From assembly GCA_030141605.1 (NCBI GenBank), contig JAQGDQ010000020.1, positions 868,001 through 932,000 of the forward strand: a stretch of 64,000 bases of DNA. Direction: 5' to 3'. Position numbers and translations under genes: made by a program. Below the pieces are notes generated by a model. It was not told where the DNA came from. It saw only the letters and a program-made list of their open reading frames with translations, and did not search any database. This stretch comes from Tubiluchus corallicola (taxonomy: Eukaryota; Animalia; Priapulida). The first letter of the stretch is position 1, and each line of letters starts with the position of its first letter. This document shows positions 25,505-40,500 of the stretch, piece after piece.

Positions 25505-26065
25505 GTAAGTAAGTAAGTAAGTTAACAAGTATGTAAGTACGTAAGCAAGTAAGTAAACAAGCAAGCTAGTAAGTAAGCAAGAAAGTAAGGAAACAAGTGA
25601 GTGAGTGAGTGAGTGAGTGAGTGAGTGAGTGAGTGAGTGAGTGAGTGAGTGAGTGAGTGAGTGAGTGAGTGAGTGAGTGAGTGAGTGAGTGAGTGAGTGA
25701 GTGAGTGAGTGAGTGAGTGAGTGAGTGAGTAAGTAAGTAAATTAACAAGTAAGTAAGTAAATAAATTGACAAATAAGTAAGTAAGTTAACAAGTAAGTAA
25801 GTAAGAAAAGAAACAAGTAAGTAAGTACGTAAGCAAGTAAGTAAACAAGCAAGTTAGTAAGTAAGCAAGGAAGGAAGGGAACAAATGAGTGAGTGAGTGA
25901 GTGAGTGAGTGAGTGAGTGAGTGAGTGAGTGAGTGAGTGAGTGAGTGAGTGAGTGAGTGAGTGAGTGAGTGAGTGAGTGAGTGAGTGAGTGAGTGAGTGA
26001 GTGAGTGAGTGAGTGAGTGAGTGAGTGAGTGAGTGAGTGAGTGAGTGAGTGAGTGAGTGAGTGAG
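25505..26065. repeat. Duplicated (AAGT)n/(GAGT)n microsatellite cassette, about 290-bp period
   Basis: Two GAGT arrays, each preceded by GTAAGTACGTAAGCAAGTAAGTAAACAAGCAAG. Confidence 0.9.
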
Positions 26066-26626
26066 AATTCAATTTTCTCTGCGTTTATATTTTCATACTG
26101 GGTGCCATGGCTTTGTTTTGGTGATTTGTATTAAAAAAATAATGACGCGATTACAACAATCAAATTAATTTTTGCTTAAAACAGCACAGAAACACTTCTT
26201 CAGTTCAACGATTACATTAATTTAGAGTAGCAAATACCTCCTCTATCAAACCCCACCACTATAACAATAAAGATTCGGAGGAGGTGCTGGCAATGTTTGT
26301 TTGCTAAAGTGAAAAGTTTATCAGTCAAGCATAATATTGTTGTGGTCACTGTTTGCAAAACTTGCAATTATGGTCGCAATTATTATTAAAGTAAACAAAG
26401 GTAGGTAAACATGAGCTCAAATTAAATGTACTTGCCATCCTACGAACAGGTGTACTACACACCTCTATAAACCTGTAATGACGATTAGTGATATGGCAAA
26501 ATTTATGCGCCTAAAATATACTAATTATTAAGTTCCGTCAAGTTGTCTATAGGTCTGACGCAGCATAATTGATTTTTCTTAATTATTTGATATGAGACTT
26601 AAACTTTCACCTGTGTTATTAAGTTA

Positions 26627-26800
26627 GGAAGAAGTTTACAATTCATTTGACAATTTAAATACCTTAACCCTAAAGCTTCCCCTAACCCAAACCCAACCCC
26701 AACCCTAACACTAACTCCAACCCTGACCCTAACCTTAACCCTAACCCTAATGCGCTTCACGGACTAATTTCTTGTGTGTGGGGAATTGTAAACTTTAGTC
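26627..26800. mobile_element. Short MITE with internal telomere-like (CCCTAA)n, copy 1 (Merlin-like)
   Basis: Inverted ends AAGTTTACAATTC/GAATTGTAAACTT; shares GACTAATTTCTT...GTGGGGAATTGTAAACTTTAG with 45438-45558. Confidence 0.7.
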
Positions 26801-27157
26801 TTAGTTATTAAACCTGCTCACGTTAAAACTTTGTAATTTTCCACAATTTGATTTTTGCTGTGTCCGTTGTTACATCTAAACGCTTTGATCTAAAACTTCA
26901 CTAGCTAAAGTTAATAAATCCAGCGATTAAACGCTATACTGCATATGTCACTAAACGCTGACGTCCTATACTGCATATGTCACTAAGCCTACTACAGATC
27001 GATAAAAAAGAATGAATTAAAAAAGTTCCACTGTCAAAAAAATGGAAAAAGAAGAAAAACCCGCGACGTTTCAAGAATCATTGTCTTTTATCTTCATGTG
27101 CCAGAGAAAGGCAGATAAGTCAATTATTATTATTATTATTATTGTTATTGTTATTGT

Positions 27158-27587
27158 NNNNNNNNNNNNNNNNNNNNNNNNNNNNNNNNNNNNNNNNNNN
27201 NNNNNNNNNNNNNNNNNNNNNNNNNNNNNNNNNNNNNNNNNNNNNNNNNNNNNNNNNNNNNNNNNNNNNNNNNNNNNNNNNNNNNNNNNNNNNNNNNNNN
27301 NNNNNNNNNNNNNNNNNNNNNNNNNNNNNNNNNNNNNNNNNNNNNNNNNNNNNNNNNNNNNNNNNNNNNNNNNNNNNNNNNNNNNNNNNNNNNNNNNNNN
27401 NNNNNNNNNNNNNNNNNNNNNNNNNNNNNNNNNNNNNNNNNNNNNNNNNNNNNNNNNNNNNNNNNNNNNNNNNNNNNNNNNNNNNNNNNNNNNNNNNNNN
27501 NNNNNNNNNNNNNNNNNNNNNNNNNNNNNNNNNNNNNNNNNNNNNNNNNNNNNNNNNNNNNNNNNNNNNNNNNNNNNNNNNNNNNNN
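27158..27587. other. Assembly gap (430 N) inside an (ATT)n microsatellite
   Basis: N run flanked by ATT repeats on both sides. Confidence 0.99.
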
Positions 27588-27658
<71 letters not shown>

Positions 27659-29316
27659 TATTATTATAATTATTATTGTTAATACATTAGTGCGAATTAT
27701 TGAGGGGGGAGTTTTTTATCCATGTTAATATAATTCCCACGAATCAATTAACATTAATCATTGAATGTGATTTATTTGCATTTTCCCTTTCACGTGAATC
27801 TGAAGTACAGCGTTACTTTGAAGTGACGTGCCCTTTCTTTCTTCTTTTATCTTGTTCTTTGTTTGTGCGGTTTTTACAAAGAAATTTGCCAGAATTTAGT
27901 GACAATATCGAAATGCAATTCACTACCACTGCAATTCAAATGTTTGTTTGTTTATCGAGCGTTAAATAGTTTCATACAAGTTAAGATAGTCTGTTAGGTA
28001 AATTGTTAAATTATCTGTATAATATTTATATCATATAATATATCATGTAATATTATATCATATATCTTTTGGCTATTAACTACTGAATTGTATTTCGATG
28101 TTGTTTCTAAATTCTGGTAAATTTCTTTGTTTTAGATGCCTTGATGAGCAGTTTTGTATGAAACCGGTCGGCAAAAAAATTCCATTTTGATGAAATTACA
28201 TTTATTTGCCAAATATGGTTAATTCTAATTATATCATAACAACAATTATTGTTTCTTTTCATTTTTATACAATTTACTTGCATGTCACTAAAAAGCGACA
28301 TTTTCTACCCACTGATAATTATTTTGCAATTAAGGCATCTTAATTTCAGTGTCGCATAATTCACGTGCCGCTTAAACCTCAAAATAAACCCGTTTCTGTG
28401 GCTTTTGGTTTAAATAAAACAAGCTTTAATGGCAGGTAGTATTGGAAAAGTGCTGCTACAAGAACAATACCTCTAATTTAACTATTTCATCACTGATATT
28501 ATTTCTTACTGGTATTCCTTCTATTTCTTTAATTGCCAAGAAAAATTTAAAAAAAACATTTAAAAGTTTATTTTTGGTATCAAATAAATCTATATAGAAA
28601 ATCTCACGGGTAGAGGTACGGATCGATCCTCATAGCAATCGAAATTTAATATCTTCTTTTTAAGAAAGTCATATAAAATTTTACTAATATAGATAGGAAT
28701 CAAACAGCGCAAACTTTATCAATTTCTTGATGAAGAAAAATTCTGCTCAGACTAAATGAATGTTTTTATACAAAATAATTAAAATGCAATGTCAAAAGTT
28801 GCGCTCTATATTTAAATTAATAACAAAATGAATTTTAAGACTGCTAGTGACCATGACTTTGCTCAATTGCGCAAATATACTGCCGCTTAATTACCATTGT
28901 CTGGTTTGTTACAGAGTTACAGGCCCAAAATTTCATTTATTGCACTACTTATGCAACGCTGCGCTTTTGATTTTCTAATTATTCAATAGGCGATAATTAG
29001 AATTCATTAAACTACGTGCGCGTGGTTGAGAATTGATTAGCTTCGAGGAACATTGCTTTCAGAAATGCTAGCACAGATGCTAGAACAGCCGAGCTGCATA
29101 TTAGCACAGATAAATTGACTGTTTTACAACGAGCTATGGATGTGATAATTATTGAGCAGTGAGCGCGCTGTTTTTGGGGTAACACTCGCTTGCGATGTAG
29201 CCTTATAAGCAGATCAGTTTCGCCATGAAGCCGGCCTTGTTCTCGTTCTTTTGTTCGTGTAATAAGTTTTTAGCCATTTTTATATTTCGAGGTCAAAGAA
29301 TATGGTAGCTTCTTTG

Positions 29317-29562
29317 GGATGCTCTGACTAGAGAGTTTTTTCTCAGAAGTTCTTGCGCAAGTTCTCTCTGAGAGTAAACGCGCAAGTGTGAACGGTTTTT
29401 CAAGTTCTTTCGCAAGTTCTTGCAAATTCAGCGAGAGTTGCAGAGATTTCTTGGGCAAGAACTCGCTAGAAAACTTACAAAGCCGTTCACACTTGCAAGT
29501 TTGCTCTCAGAGAGAACTTGAACAAGAACTTATGGAAGAAAACTCTCTGGTCTGAACGCGCC
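29317..29562. mobile_element. Fold-back palindromic MITE (PIF/Harbinger-like)
   Basis: Inverted arms of about 105 bp (e.g. AAGTTCTCTCTGAGAG..GCAAGTGTGAACGG versus CCGTTCACACTTGC..CTCTCAGAGAGAACTT) around a spacer of about 30 nt; right end TCTGAACGCGCC. Confidence 0.75.
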
Positions 29563-30719
29563 ATTACTCTATTTTACGATACAACTGATAATATGGCAAC
29601 GCTAATTAGTGTTATAAACGACAAAATGTTTGTAATTGATGTGGCTCTTCACTTAATTTATTCTTTTTGCAGTTAAAAGTACAATAATAAAGTTGCATTA
29701 GATATTATAATAATTGTTATAAACATAAGCATCTACTGATAGGGAAATAGAACAATAGAACCTAGACTGGCTGTATGGAGAGAACGGGGAATTCTAGGCT
29801 AATTTAATAGGCGCTCACAGGGGACCTAATCTAATCCATCAAGTGTAGACATTTTTCATTAAAATAAAATTACTTGCTTTTAGCTATATTTAGAAAGTTA
29901 ACTTGTGTTAAATTCAATTTATAGAGTTTCCTAAAGGTCATTTTTATAACTTGAACTTATCGCAACAGACCTAGATGGCACTGTTCTAATGATTCGTTCC
30001 TGTGCCTAATAATGACTTATTTGCTGAACAGTGTAGACTAAAATTATATTTACACACGTACAGTGCACATTTACATTCACATTAGCACAGCTAATTAGTA
30101 AAAAGTCCGTACTGTTTATATATTTTATAAGACTTATTTAATCTATATTGTGGTTTAGTATAACTGGCTCGTTGATTATGCTTGTTAACCTGTTTATTAT
30201 TATTATATTTATATTACTAATCGTGAATCTTATTATGCTTTTTCTTTGCTTTGCGCCTTTATTATATGACAGATATGGTAACATTTCTGGAACGAAGTAC
30301 TTATAAATGTGGACAAAGTAGATTCGAAATAAAATGATGTTAATAAATAATTTAGTTAGGTTAGTAACATTGATTAAATTTTCAGTGCATCATTCATTTA
30401 ATAGAAGTGGCCATAAAAACTTAGGCAGGTAACATTTCAGTTTAAGATTGTCAAGACGCAGACATTCATTATAGTGGACAATGTCCGTTATATGTCCAGC
30501 AAGAGGACCTCTGATCGCGTTAGGAAACTATTAAAATGTGGAGTATTAGTCATAAACTGTCTCTTCCTTCTGTCAGCATTAAGTTTTGTCTCACCACTAC
30601 TAACACTGCGTGACAGACGACTGCTAAACGCGTTAAGAAAATCCTCAATACCTATAAAACCATTAAAAATTCATCTGATCCCGTCGATACGAGTTTATAA
30701 TAAAAACCCGTTCACTGTG

Positions 30720-30830
30720 CGGTATAACAGCATCGCTTAACCAATCATAGCACGGCTCGTGACGACAGGCGTGGCTAGCGTTACGCCAACCAATGACAGG
30801 CGAGACGGCTCAGTTTTCAGCGACCAAGCT
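30720..30830 (+). promoter_or_regulatory. Probable Nkx6 proximal promoter with tandem CCAAT boxes
   Basis: AACCAATCA (CCAAT at 30741) and AACCAATGA (CCAAT at 30790), each followed by GACAGGCG, in a CpG-richer patch about 300 nt upstream of the ATG. Confidence 0.55.
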
Positions 30831-31090
30831 CATTGCAAATGAGAGGGTAATGAATTTACAACAACAGATGAAAGTCTGAGGAGCTACGAGTAACATCTTT
30901 CGTATTTAAGCTACAGAATGCTGGTAATTCATTATAAGTCTTTCGCGTATAATAATAGTTTACGTGAAACCGAGCAATTATTTCAATAATAGACACGTCA
31001 TCTGCATGAAGCAGCAAGTCTAGTTTGGACGTTTTCGTAAATCCAAGAGTAGTTTCACACCAGAGCGGTGTGACGCGTTTTTTTCACTTC

Positions 31091-31547
31091 ATGTTGGAAT
31101 TTCGCTCACCAAACAGCAACGCTGTGCCAATATCCATGGTGAGCATGAATCAATTCGTGGATCCCCACCACCAGGGGTCTTTCGTCGGCGGTACCCCGCT
31201 CGCTGCTCTACAGGGGATGACAGACATGAAATCGCAAATGCTGCAAAATTCTTATGCTAACCAATCCGTTTCAAAAGCACTAGCCGCGCACTACAATTCA
31301 GGAACACCGCATGGCATCAATGACATCTTGAGTCGGCCGGTAGCTGGATCGATGGCTGGTTCAGGACTTTCCGTACCGCAACTGAATCTCAGTCCGACCG
31401 GAATGTACTTTAGTGCTAACCCTTCTAGTCGCTTCGGGACTAAGCCGATGACAGATTTGGCCAGCAGGGCTCACCTGTACTGGCCAGGTATACCTCTGCA
31501 ATCTCCTAGCGCCACATGGAGGACCGACAGGTTTTCTTCCTGTACAG
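31091..31547 (+). CDS. Nkx6: Nkx6 exon 1 (eh1 repressor motif)
   Basis: First ATG at 31091 (downstream in-frame ATGs are alternative starts); donor CAG|GTAAGT. Confidence 0.9.
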
Positions 31548-34500
31548 GTAAGTTACTTCCTGCTGGATTCTCACCTACTAATTATATGACATTTAAAATT
31601 TTCTCCCAATAAATTATTGTTTTGCTCAGTTTGCGAAATTCCACAGTTCACTAAAAACTGTTTTGTAATCATAATTTTTAAATTACTACCCATTTACACG
31701 ATGAGTTTTTAAACTGTCAAACAAAAATTGTCAGTTCTAAAAAGTGACGCGTATTTAGACGACATCAAACTTTACTCCGTCGAATTCTTGTAATAACTAT
31801 TCAACAAGGGATGTCAATCAAATTATTGTGGAAATACGCAGACGCGCTTTGTTTTCTACTGGACTAACTTATTGGTTCATTAGTTGTTTCAACATACGTG
31901 ACTTCTGCTTAGACTGATGTGAAAAGTAAGTAAATGACACTGTAAGCAAATAAAATTTTATTTCAGACTGAGTTTCCACAAAAAGATTTTTGCAAGTAAA
32001 CACATACGTAAAGTGCCACACAGAAAAAATAAAAGTAAATAATTAAAATGCAGTGGGTGATTAAGAACTGCAATTAAAAAATTAAATGAGATTGTTCAGT
32101 ACACACGTCTAGTATATGAGTCTAGAATTCTAGAATTTGCGTATATGTGCTAGTATGCATATTAAGTGCAAAAAGTTTAATTTTTGGCCCTTCTAAGTAA
32201 CCCTACAGTTTTCTTGTTAGAAAATATGATTGGGTGAGTGTTTAATTATTCTGAGAAACAAAAATTGAAAGGAATTGCTAAGTATTTGCAGATGCTATTT
32301 CACTAACTGCAGAAACAAATGCATTTTTGTCTGTTAAAAAGACACTTTATTCCTCTGCTAGATATCGAAAAAACTACATCCGAATTTTGCTTTTTGACCG
32401 CAAACAAATTGTAATAAAAATCGATAAGTGTTGACGTAACTAGGCGTAACTAGCTGATTAACTCAAGCAATTTTTTATAGTTATCGTTTTCATCCTTCTT
32501 CATTCCTTCCCTTCCCCAGAAAATTCTAGGAGAAAGAAATTTGTGGGAAAGTATTTTCCCGCTAAAGCCTGTGTAAAAGGCCTTTTAAAACCCCTCTAAT
32601 CTTATTGTAGCCAAGAATGGTATGTCATTTACGAGTATTGCGCCTGATCTTTTCTGTACAAACTTACAAGACCTCATTGTGAACAAAACTGTTGTTACTA
32701 AAGTTTAGCGGCATTTAAAAGTTGACATCTGAATTTACAGGTAAGGCATTTCTGGGCGGTATACCTGTCCTACAGGTGTGTAATCTATAGTCAATTCCTT
32801 AAGGAATGTCCACCCACTGAATGGTTGGCTCGCTCCTTGACTAAAGTGGAATGCAGTGGGGGGGGGGGTGGAAGCATATAACTTTACTATGAATTACTTT
32901 ATACCCAAAAATGGAGCTTCTTTTTACACAAAATTCCACGATTACATTAAATTTTTAATATTAAATGAAAACGTTTCGATGATGCCCTAGTTCTCATCGT
33001 CAGATCTATAACAAAGTTGGCGTTAGGCCTGACGTTGAGAAACAGTGAATTCTCGAAATTTTCCAAACACTATCATTTAATAATAAAAAATATAAATTTT
33101 TTGTACGATTTTCTTTAAAACACGTATAGCTTTCTGGAATATAAAGTTCTTTTCAAAGATTAGCTTAAAACTTTATAAATGTATTGTTAACATAGTATGA
33201 TAATTTTTACCTAGTCACACATTTTCAATAATGTATTACAAGCAAATTGTGCGTAACATTGTACCATAGATGTACAAAATCCTATACACAAACAGTAAGT
33301 CCTGTATAATGTGATTCTTTTAACTATATGCTTTTGTACCATAGATGTACAAAATCCCATACAAGAACAGTAAGTCCTATATAATGTGATTCTTTTAACT
33401 ATATGCTTGTGTATTATCAATATACAACACATTAATTCGTTTTTACTGTTTTTTATAATAGTTATATAGCCTCTAAGTGACTAAGTCAAGCGTTTTTCAA
33501 ATTAAGCTTTAAACCATAAAGATACCTAGACGTCGCGCTATACAAAGTTTCATGGATATAAATCTTATAAATGTTTAGGGTCTATAGTATTAGTAGTCGG
33601 TAAATTGTTTCCACTGCACTTCAACACAAATTACACTATCAGGAAATTAAACTCAAACACAAAAAATTAGAATGATCTGAATGTTAAGATATTAGTATGG
33701 AACTAATATATAATATATTATATTATATTATATTACATATCATATATAATATAGTATAGTATGGAATATATAAGATTTTGAAAAATCTCGGTGAATTTGT
33801 GCCTCTATTTCGAGTAGCATGGATCCACGGATATTCTATAATTCTAAATGCTTTTGTACAATGTAACAATTCAAAGTGTTAGCTGCCTGATTAATTATCT
33901 GTTTTAATAAATATTATACTACAAAATATGCAGATATTTATTCGCAAGTATAACGATTCCTTACCAATTTCGCACAGTTAAAGATAAATTTCAAAATATA
34001 CGTGTATAGCACATTAAGCAAAAATATCGATGTTGATAATATTGCACAAACAAGACGCATGATGTTAAACCCAGTTCTTTATCATGTATGTTATTTCAAC
34101 ATAGTTTGTCAAACGGGTACAGCTGTAACCATCTTCTAGCAATGTCTAATATTTGCCTTCTTAAATCTCAATTAATCTTCCCTTTCATTACACACCAGCA
34201 CCTCTTTTCGGCAAGTCGTCTCTTACATTAATAGAAAATGTGCCAGATAAGTGCGTGAAAAATAGCGCAAGCATTTGGCACAGCGATCTATGTAATATTT
34301 GCTATATCGATGATTTGCGTATTTGGTAATTTATTAAATGCTGTGATGTGTTAAAGAAGATTTGTCAAACATTTACATACAATAATTAATCACTGTTTTC
34401 TGATAAGATAACATCGGTGATAGACCTAAGCTTTAAAGGCATAAATTACTGTTTCGAGTCTTTAGGCCTACAGTTTAGGCCTGCATTTATCATTGGAATG

Positions 34501-37500
34501 TAATTCAAACTGTTATGGGTAACTGAAAAAATTCCAAGAAATGTTAGAGTTTGATTTCTTGTGGCAAAGGTTAAAATTTTGGAGTAACGTACATCAATAT
34601 TTTTATTAGATTTTTACAAAAAACTTTAAAACTGGCCATATCCCAAATAACAATTAGTTTTTCTTTGCCTATAACAACAATCTATTTGTCCACCTATAAA
34701 AGGCAACTTCGGTTAACAATAGTTAATGAAAATTTTACGGTAAAAAATTAATTAACTCGTGGTTTCATTGGCCAACGTTTATGTGACCTATTTTAGATGA
34801 GACGCAAAAATAAATAAAGCAAAAAAATAAGCAAAAGTAAAAAAGCAGAAAAAACAAAAGCAAATAACACAAATGTTGTTGTTTCTTTTATTTCTCAATT
34901 GAATATAGTTCACACATGTTTTTGTATTTGTTTACTGTATTATGTCATTAAGGACTATTATATGCCTTTGTACGCCGTTATTGTATCATTAATAAGGACC
35001 GTAATGGAAATCAAAGAACGTTCCTCTTTTTACGCAATCCTGACTATGATAATCCTTTTCATTACTTTTATACTCAAATAAAACCTGTCTACCTACCTAT
35101 TTGTCAGCTATGCGATCTCTTATTATCGATTCTAATCCTTGAGAATTATTTCAATGGTATTAAGTAACTTCCACATCTCTTTCGTCTGCTGTTTATTCGT
35201 TTTTGATAGATGCGTACTGTAAATGGACTAAATACACCATAAAGTTACCAAATTATTAATTAGTTAGATTACGACTGTGATTGTCAGCATGTTTATGAAC
35301 CATTGTAGTTTATTTTTAACATTTATTGCCCATTGCGGGTAATAACTTGGAGAAAAAAGGAGACGCTGAAAATTTTTTGACTAGTCGGGATTTGAACCCG
35401 AGACCCGGGATTAGTACTCACTTGCTCTGCCAGCTGAACTACTAGTTCAAAATGAACGTACCAGGTACCTATGCAATGCAACGTTTTTATTTATATATAA
35501 AGTATGATTATAAATGGTTTATAAACATTCTGGCAAACACAGTCATGATATAACTAAGTAATGATATCGTTAGTTGCCAGCTAATTTGAGAAAACTGTTA
35601 ATTACCATAATGTTCCTTAAAGTACATGTACCGCGGCACTTTTTATGTAATATTTCTCTGATCATGGAATTAAAGTACGTTTTATTTTCGTTTCAGGGCC
35701 TCCAAGTGGCATGACAATCGACAAAGATGGCAAAAAGAAACACACGCGGCCTACCTTTTCTGGTCATCAGATTTTTGCTTTAGAAAAAACTTTTGAACAA
35801 ACGAAGTACCTGGCAGGTCCAGAAAGGGCGCGGTTAGCGTATTCACTAGGCATGTCAGAGGCACAGGTTAAGGTGAGTTCAGTTTTCTCTACTCCCCTTG
35901 CATTTCTCACTCCTTTTTTCGTGCAGCTTAAAGACACTGTTGAAAAGAAGTGATTTTATTCACACACGTGATTAATTAATCATTAGTCTGCCTAATTTTA
36001 TGATGCGCAATTTCGGCTTTTCTTCATAATTCACAAGTGTGAGTTCGAATCCCATAGGAGCACAAGTTTTTGGGCTTTTTCCATACATTATTTTGTCTAC
36101 ATGAACCGAACTCCCTCTTTCTCACAGGTGGAACTGTTGTCCCAAAAGTAGAGACTATATATAGACTGTAAAGATAAGCCTAGTTTCCACAATTCTTCTA
36201 TGTAATATTTTGTTTATACCCAGAAAGAATATAATCCGTATAATTTTTGTTTGCTTATTTCCTATAATAAAAGACGATTGCAAAAGTTTTTTTTAAAAAA
36301 TTAAGCCTCTATTGTGTAAAATAAGTTTAAAACAATCATATTCTTCCTAAAAAACATAATTACTGTATATTTATAACTACTAGAATAATCTCTATTAAAT
36401 TAATTTAGTGAAACTGACGCTTATATTTCATTAAATTAAACTTAGAGAGAAGTGTCTAATTATTTAATACCAGAAGAATTATTCAAAAAAAACTATATAT
36501 GTACTAAACTGTATGCAATCCATCTAAATACAGCACTAATACTACAACATAGCCTAAATAAGCGACACTGTTTGACACTAATAATAATTAAAAGCAATGA
36601 CAAAACAAATTTGAAAACCTATCATTTAGGATCTTGGCCTGCTCCTTGCCATCTTTTAAAGCAAAACCGGACCTAATTTTACACTGCAGGTCAAAGCAAT
36701 CTACTCTTTAAAGAATTATGACCACACAAACGCAATTTCTCGTTCGAGCGGCTAGTTCTTTGCTGTTATATGCATTTCGTCATTCCTTAGTTAAATGGAC
36801 ACTAATGCTTGTATTTCGGAAACGCGTTGCACAAAAAACATTTGCTGTTCAATGATGTTCAATTGTGACATAGTCCACACATTTGACAGCTCATGCGTGA
36901 GCACAGCGATAAATTTGAAATTGAAATGTTTACCTTAAAACTTGCCGAGTTTTAGTACTACATACTAAATCTCATACACTGGCACTGTATTTTAATTTTC
37001 GCTTTTGCAAACACGTGCAAGTCATGTTCAGCTGTGATGTCATGAATAGTTGGGCTCACTCGCCGTTAACTAAGATTTTAATCTATTATTTGATTATCAG
37101 AAATGCTTTTGCAGCATTGTCGTGTTAAAATGTGTACTTTTTACCGTACTTCAAAATGGAGTAAGTTATGAAAAATCATCTTGTTTTTCTATAATTTAAT
37201 TTGTGTTCTGAACATATCTAAATTTGCGTTTCGTATCAACGCAGAGTAAAACAGTAAATTGTAGGTAGTTGTCATTAAGCAGACATAGAGGGTCAAGATG
37301 CTGGATAGACAGGATGGAAATTCACCATACAGGCAGGTATCATAAAAGTTACCTGTACTATAAAACGATAAGTAGACGTCATTAGAACAGGTGTAACATA
37401 CACTCCTACCTGTCTTCTTACTAATGAATGATGGCCATAATTAGCGAAACATTAAGCTTTATGACCACTGGACATGCACAGTCTCAACGCCACACCAACA

Positions 37501-40500
37501 TGTCCACAACGCCTCGGGTCACGTGACATAATGCCCATACATCATGCATGATAATGTAAGCGATCAAGCTAAATAAGGATAATTCTCATTAGCCCTCATG
37601 TCACCTGGGTTAAATGATTTTAATGAGTTTCTGATGCTGATATAAACCCAGTAATTTAATTACAGTCATTGTTTAAATGACTAATACTTAAATTTAATGT
37701 CTAGCCAAAACAATGCCTTATAAATTAGCGCCAGCCGAATTGCTTTTTAACGAAAGCAAACAGTTAATGAAATTTTATGACTTAATTACGATGAGATTAT
37801 CAGCTTATGAGAACTGCCTATATTATATAGAGTATGAGAAAAGAGTTACGAGTAACATACCATGTACTTGCACAGCAAAATTTTTTTACTTATATATATA
37901 AAGTATTATGATAAATTGCTAGTAATTACGAGCATTTGTTTTTGTTGTTTATTGTCATTCAAAACTTGAAGTCCTTTGAACAAATAACCTTCTCGCCATT
38001 GCTGCGCATTCTACTATATACTTCAGCATGAAAAATTTAAGTTCAAATCTATAATCTTTTAAATTCAAAAAGAATGAACTATACAATATAATAAGGTCTT
38101 TGTTAAGCAACAATTTTATTATGCTTTCAAAATTATCAGGAAATCTAATCTAATCGCATGTTTGGACTAATTTATTGTCCGTTTTTACGTGCTCAAAACT
38201 CAATCTTAGCTATCAGATTACTTATTTATTTGCTGCACTACATTTTATAGACCTTTATGTTATTATAAAAATATTTAAGCTCGTTCTTGATGATTCACTT
38301 TTTGCTGTATAAGAAGGTATAATTTTATCACTATCAACAGTTTTACATTATAAACCTACTGTTTACGTTAATTATATAAATAACTTATCAACTTGTCCTA
38401 CAGTAACAACAACAACTGCAACAACAACAACAACAACAACAACAACACAGCAACAACGACAACAATGGCAACGGCAACAACAACAACAACAACAACAGCA
38501 GCAGCAGCAGCAACAACAACAATAATAATAATCAGTGAAAAATTAATTCTCCAATATTGGTATCCTTGGTAACTATTAGCTGCAGAAAAAGAATATTCTT
38601 CGCATAACATTATACCATGTTGTAAAAATATATTACGGACGTATGTAATTGCATATTATAGCTAAAATTATAAAACTTGCCAATTAGAGAATAAGTCAAA
38701 AGCTTTTTAGTCAGACTTGAAAACTACTATTTAAATGCTGAAATAAGATTTAGTTTTCAACTATATTTGCGTGGAGTCAGACATGGTGTAACTATAATTG
38801 TATAAAAATCAAGGTTGCTCGCGGCATGTCAGCACATATACGAGTCCATACATTTACATAACCTAAGTTAATAATAGTTCTAACCTGTATATTTGCTAAC
38901 AAATGATTAACATTACCCCGAGGATTATAAAGTCTGTTATACCGCCTGTATCAGTTGGTCATATTTTACATAAGGTCTCACAGAAAGATTAACATCCGTA
39001 TCAGTTCATATTAGTTGACGCATGCGCAATGCAAGTACGCTATCTGTCGAACTAATAATGTGTAGATAAGTAATACAGGTGATTATTGATCAAAGAACTG
39101 CCGACATTGTATCAAACCAACACTACAGGTGAAGCAAATAGAAAGTTAGTTTGCATAGTTTGTAAGTACGAATGTGTGATAGGTATTAGTTGGTCCTGTC
39201 TTGCGCTCATGATTATTATAACATACATAAAAAAAACACAAAAAACAATAATAATTTGTACTGAAAACAATAATAAATTTTATAAAATTATGCGAACCAC
39301 GCTTTGAAGCAGAAAATCAAGACATCCAGAGGTCAAGTAATTAAAAGTGTGAATTATGTAACATTGGAAAAACTGAATTTGGCTGACCAACTACAAGCTT
39401 CTTCTTCTTCTTCAATGAATCACACGTCCAGGGACATGATTCTGCTCACCTCTCTATGCCAGGACTCCCTGCAATGCCCCAAGTGGATTTATTTCTAAGG
39501 ATCAATGCTGAAGTGCTTAAATCTTTCTGTGCAAAATTTAAGTATGTTAACATTTGTCCTCCTGCAGGTTTTTTTAGCTGGTTCTAGGGCTTGTTGAAGA
39601 GCTATCTTCACTGGAATATCATCAGGTAATCTAAGCATATCCCAATCCATCTTAAACGTCGTCTCTTTATTTTTCTTGTCCAAGGTTCTTCTTTTATTCT
39701 TTCATATAGATCTTTGTTTGAGATTTTCTTTGGCCATCTAATACCCAAAATGTTTCTGTAATTTCGCCTTTTAAACGCATCGATTTCAGCTTTATGATTT
39801 GCTTTTAATGTCCAGAGCTCAGAGTTATACAGAAATACAGTTTCAACTAAGGCTGAGAATATTCTGATTTTTCAACTACAAGCGGTGAATTCTAGACTGA
39901 GACTTAAAGTTGCAGCCCACTCCCTGCCGACTTGATTGTTTTAAAAGCTTTTTCTCAAACAGAATAATTAAAATGTGGAATCAACTCCCTAGGTTTCTCA
40001 ACGATGCCCCTTGCGTCAGAGTAACAAACGTTTAAAACTTTTGAAAGTTGTAAATCTTAATATTCCGTAAATCTTTCAACAGGCACCTGTAGCCTTGGCT
40101 CTCTGTGCTTTTATCCGTAATCTTTTAACAAACCACTTTTATCTGTAAAATTTATATCTGTGCTGTATATACGTTTAATCCTTTTTTTATATTCTATACT
40201 TGCTTGTAAATATTTTGATATTTTTAATAAAGATTACGTGGTAAACTATTAGCTATTAAATACTGCCTTAATTTGTCACTGGGGAATACAGTGGCCTAGC
40301 CGTCTAAGGCAACTGCAATATAAGAACAAAGTTCCTAGATCAAATCCAGGCTATCTTTCAACTTTTTAGATTTCGTCTTTCAAGTTTGATATCAAAATGT
40401 AATTAATTTTGGGCTAGCATCATCGTTTATAATAATACTGATACATTGAGTTTATAATAATTAATTAAGAAATCAGGGCGCATTCATTTAGATATAATCT

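Noticed and set aside
26660-26750. Telomere or chromosome-fusion relic
   Set aside because: Short, degenerate and enclosed in a MITE that has a second copy in the window.
27042-27728. ORFs of 228 and 175 aa
   Set aside because: They are open only because they run through the N gap and ATT repeats.
35379-35447. Functional tRNA gene
   Set aside because: The anticodon stem does not pair; better explained as a SINE head or pseudogene.
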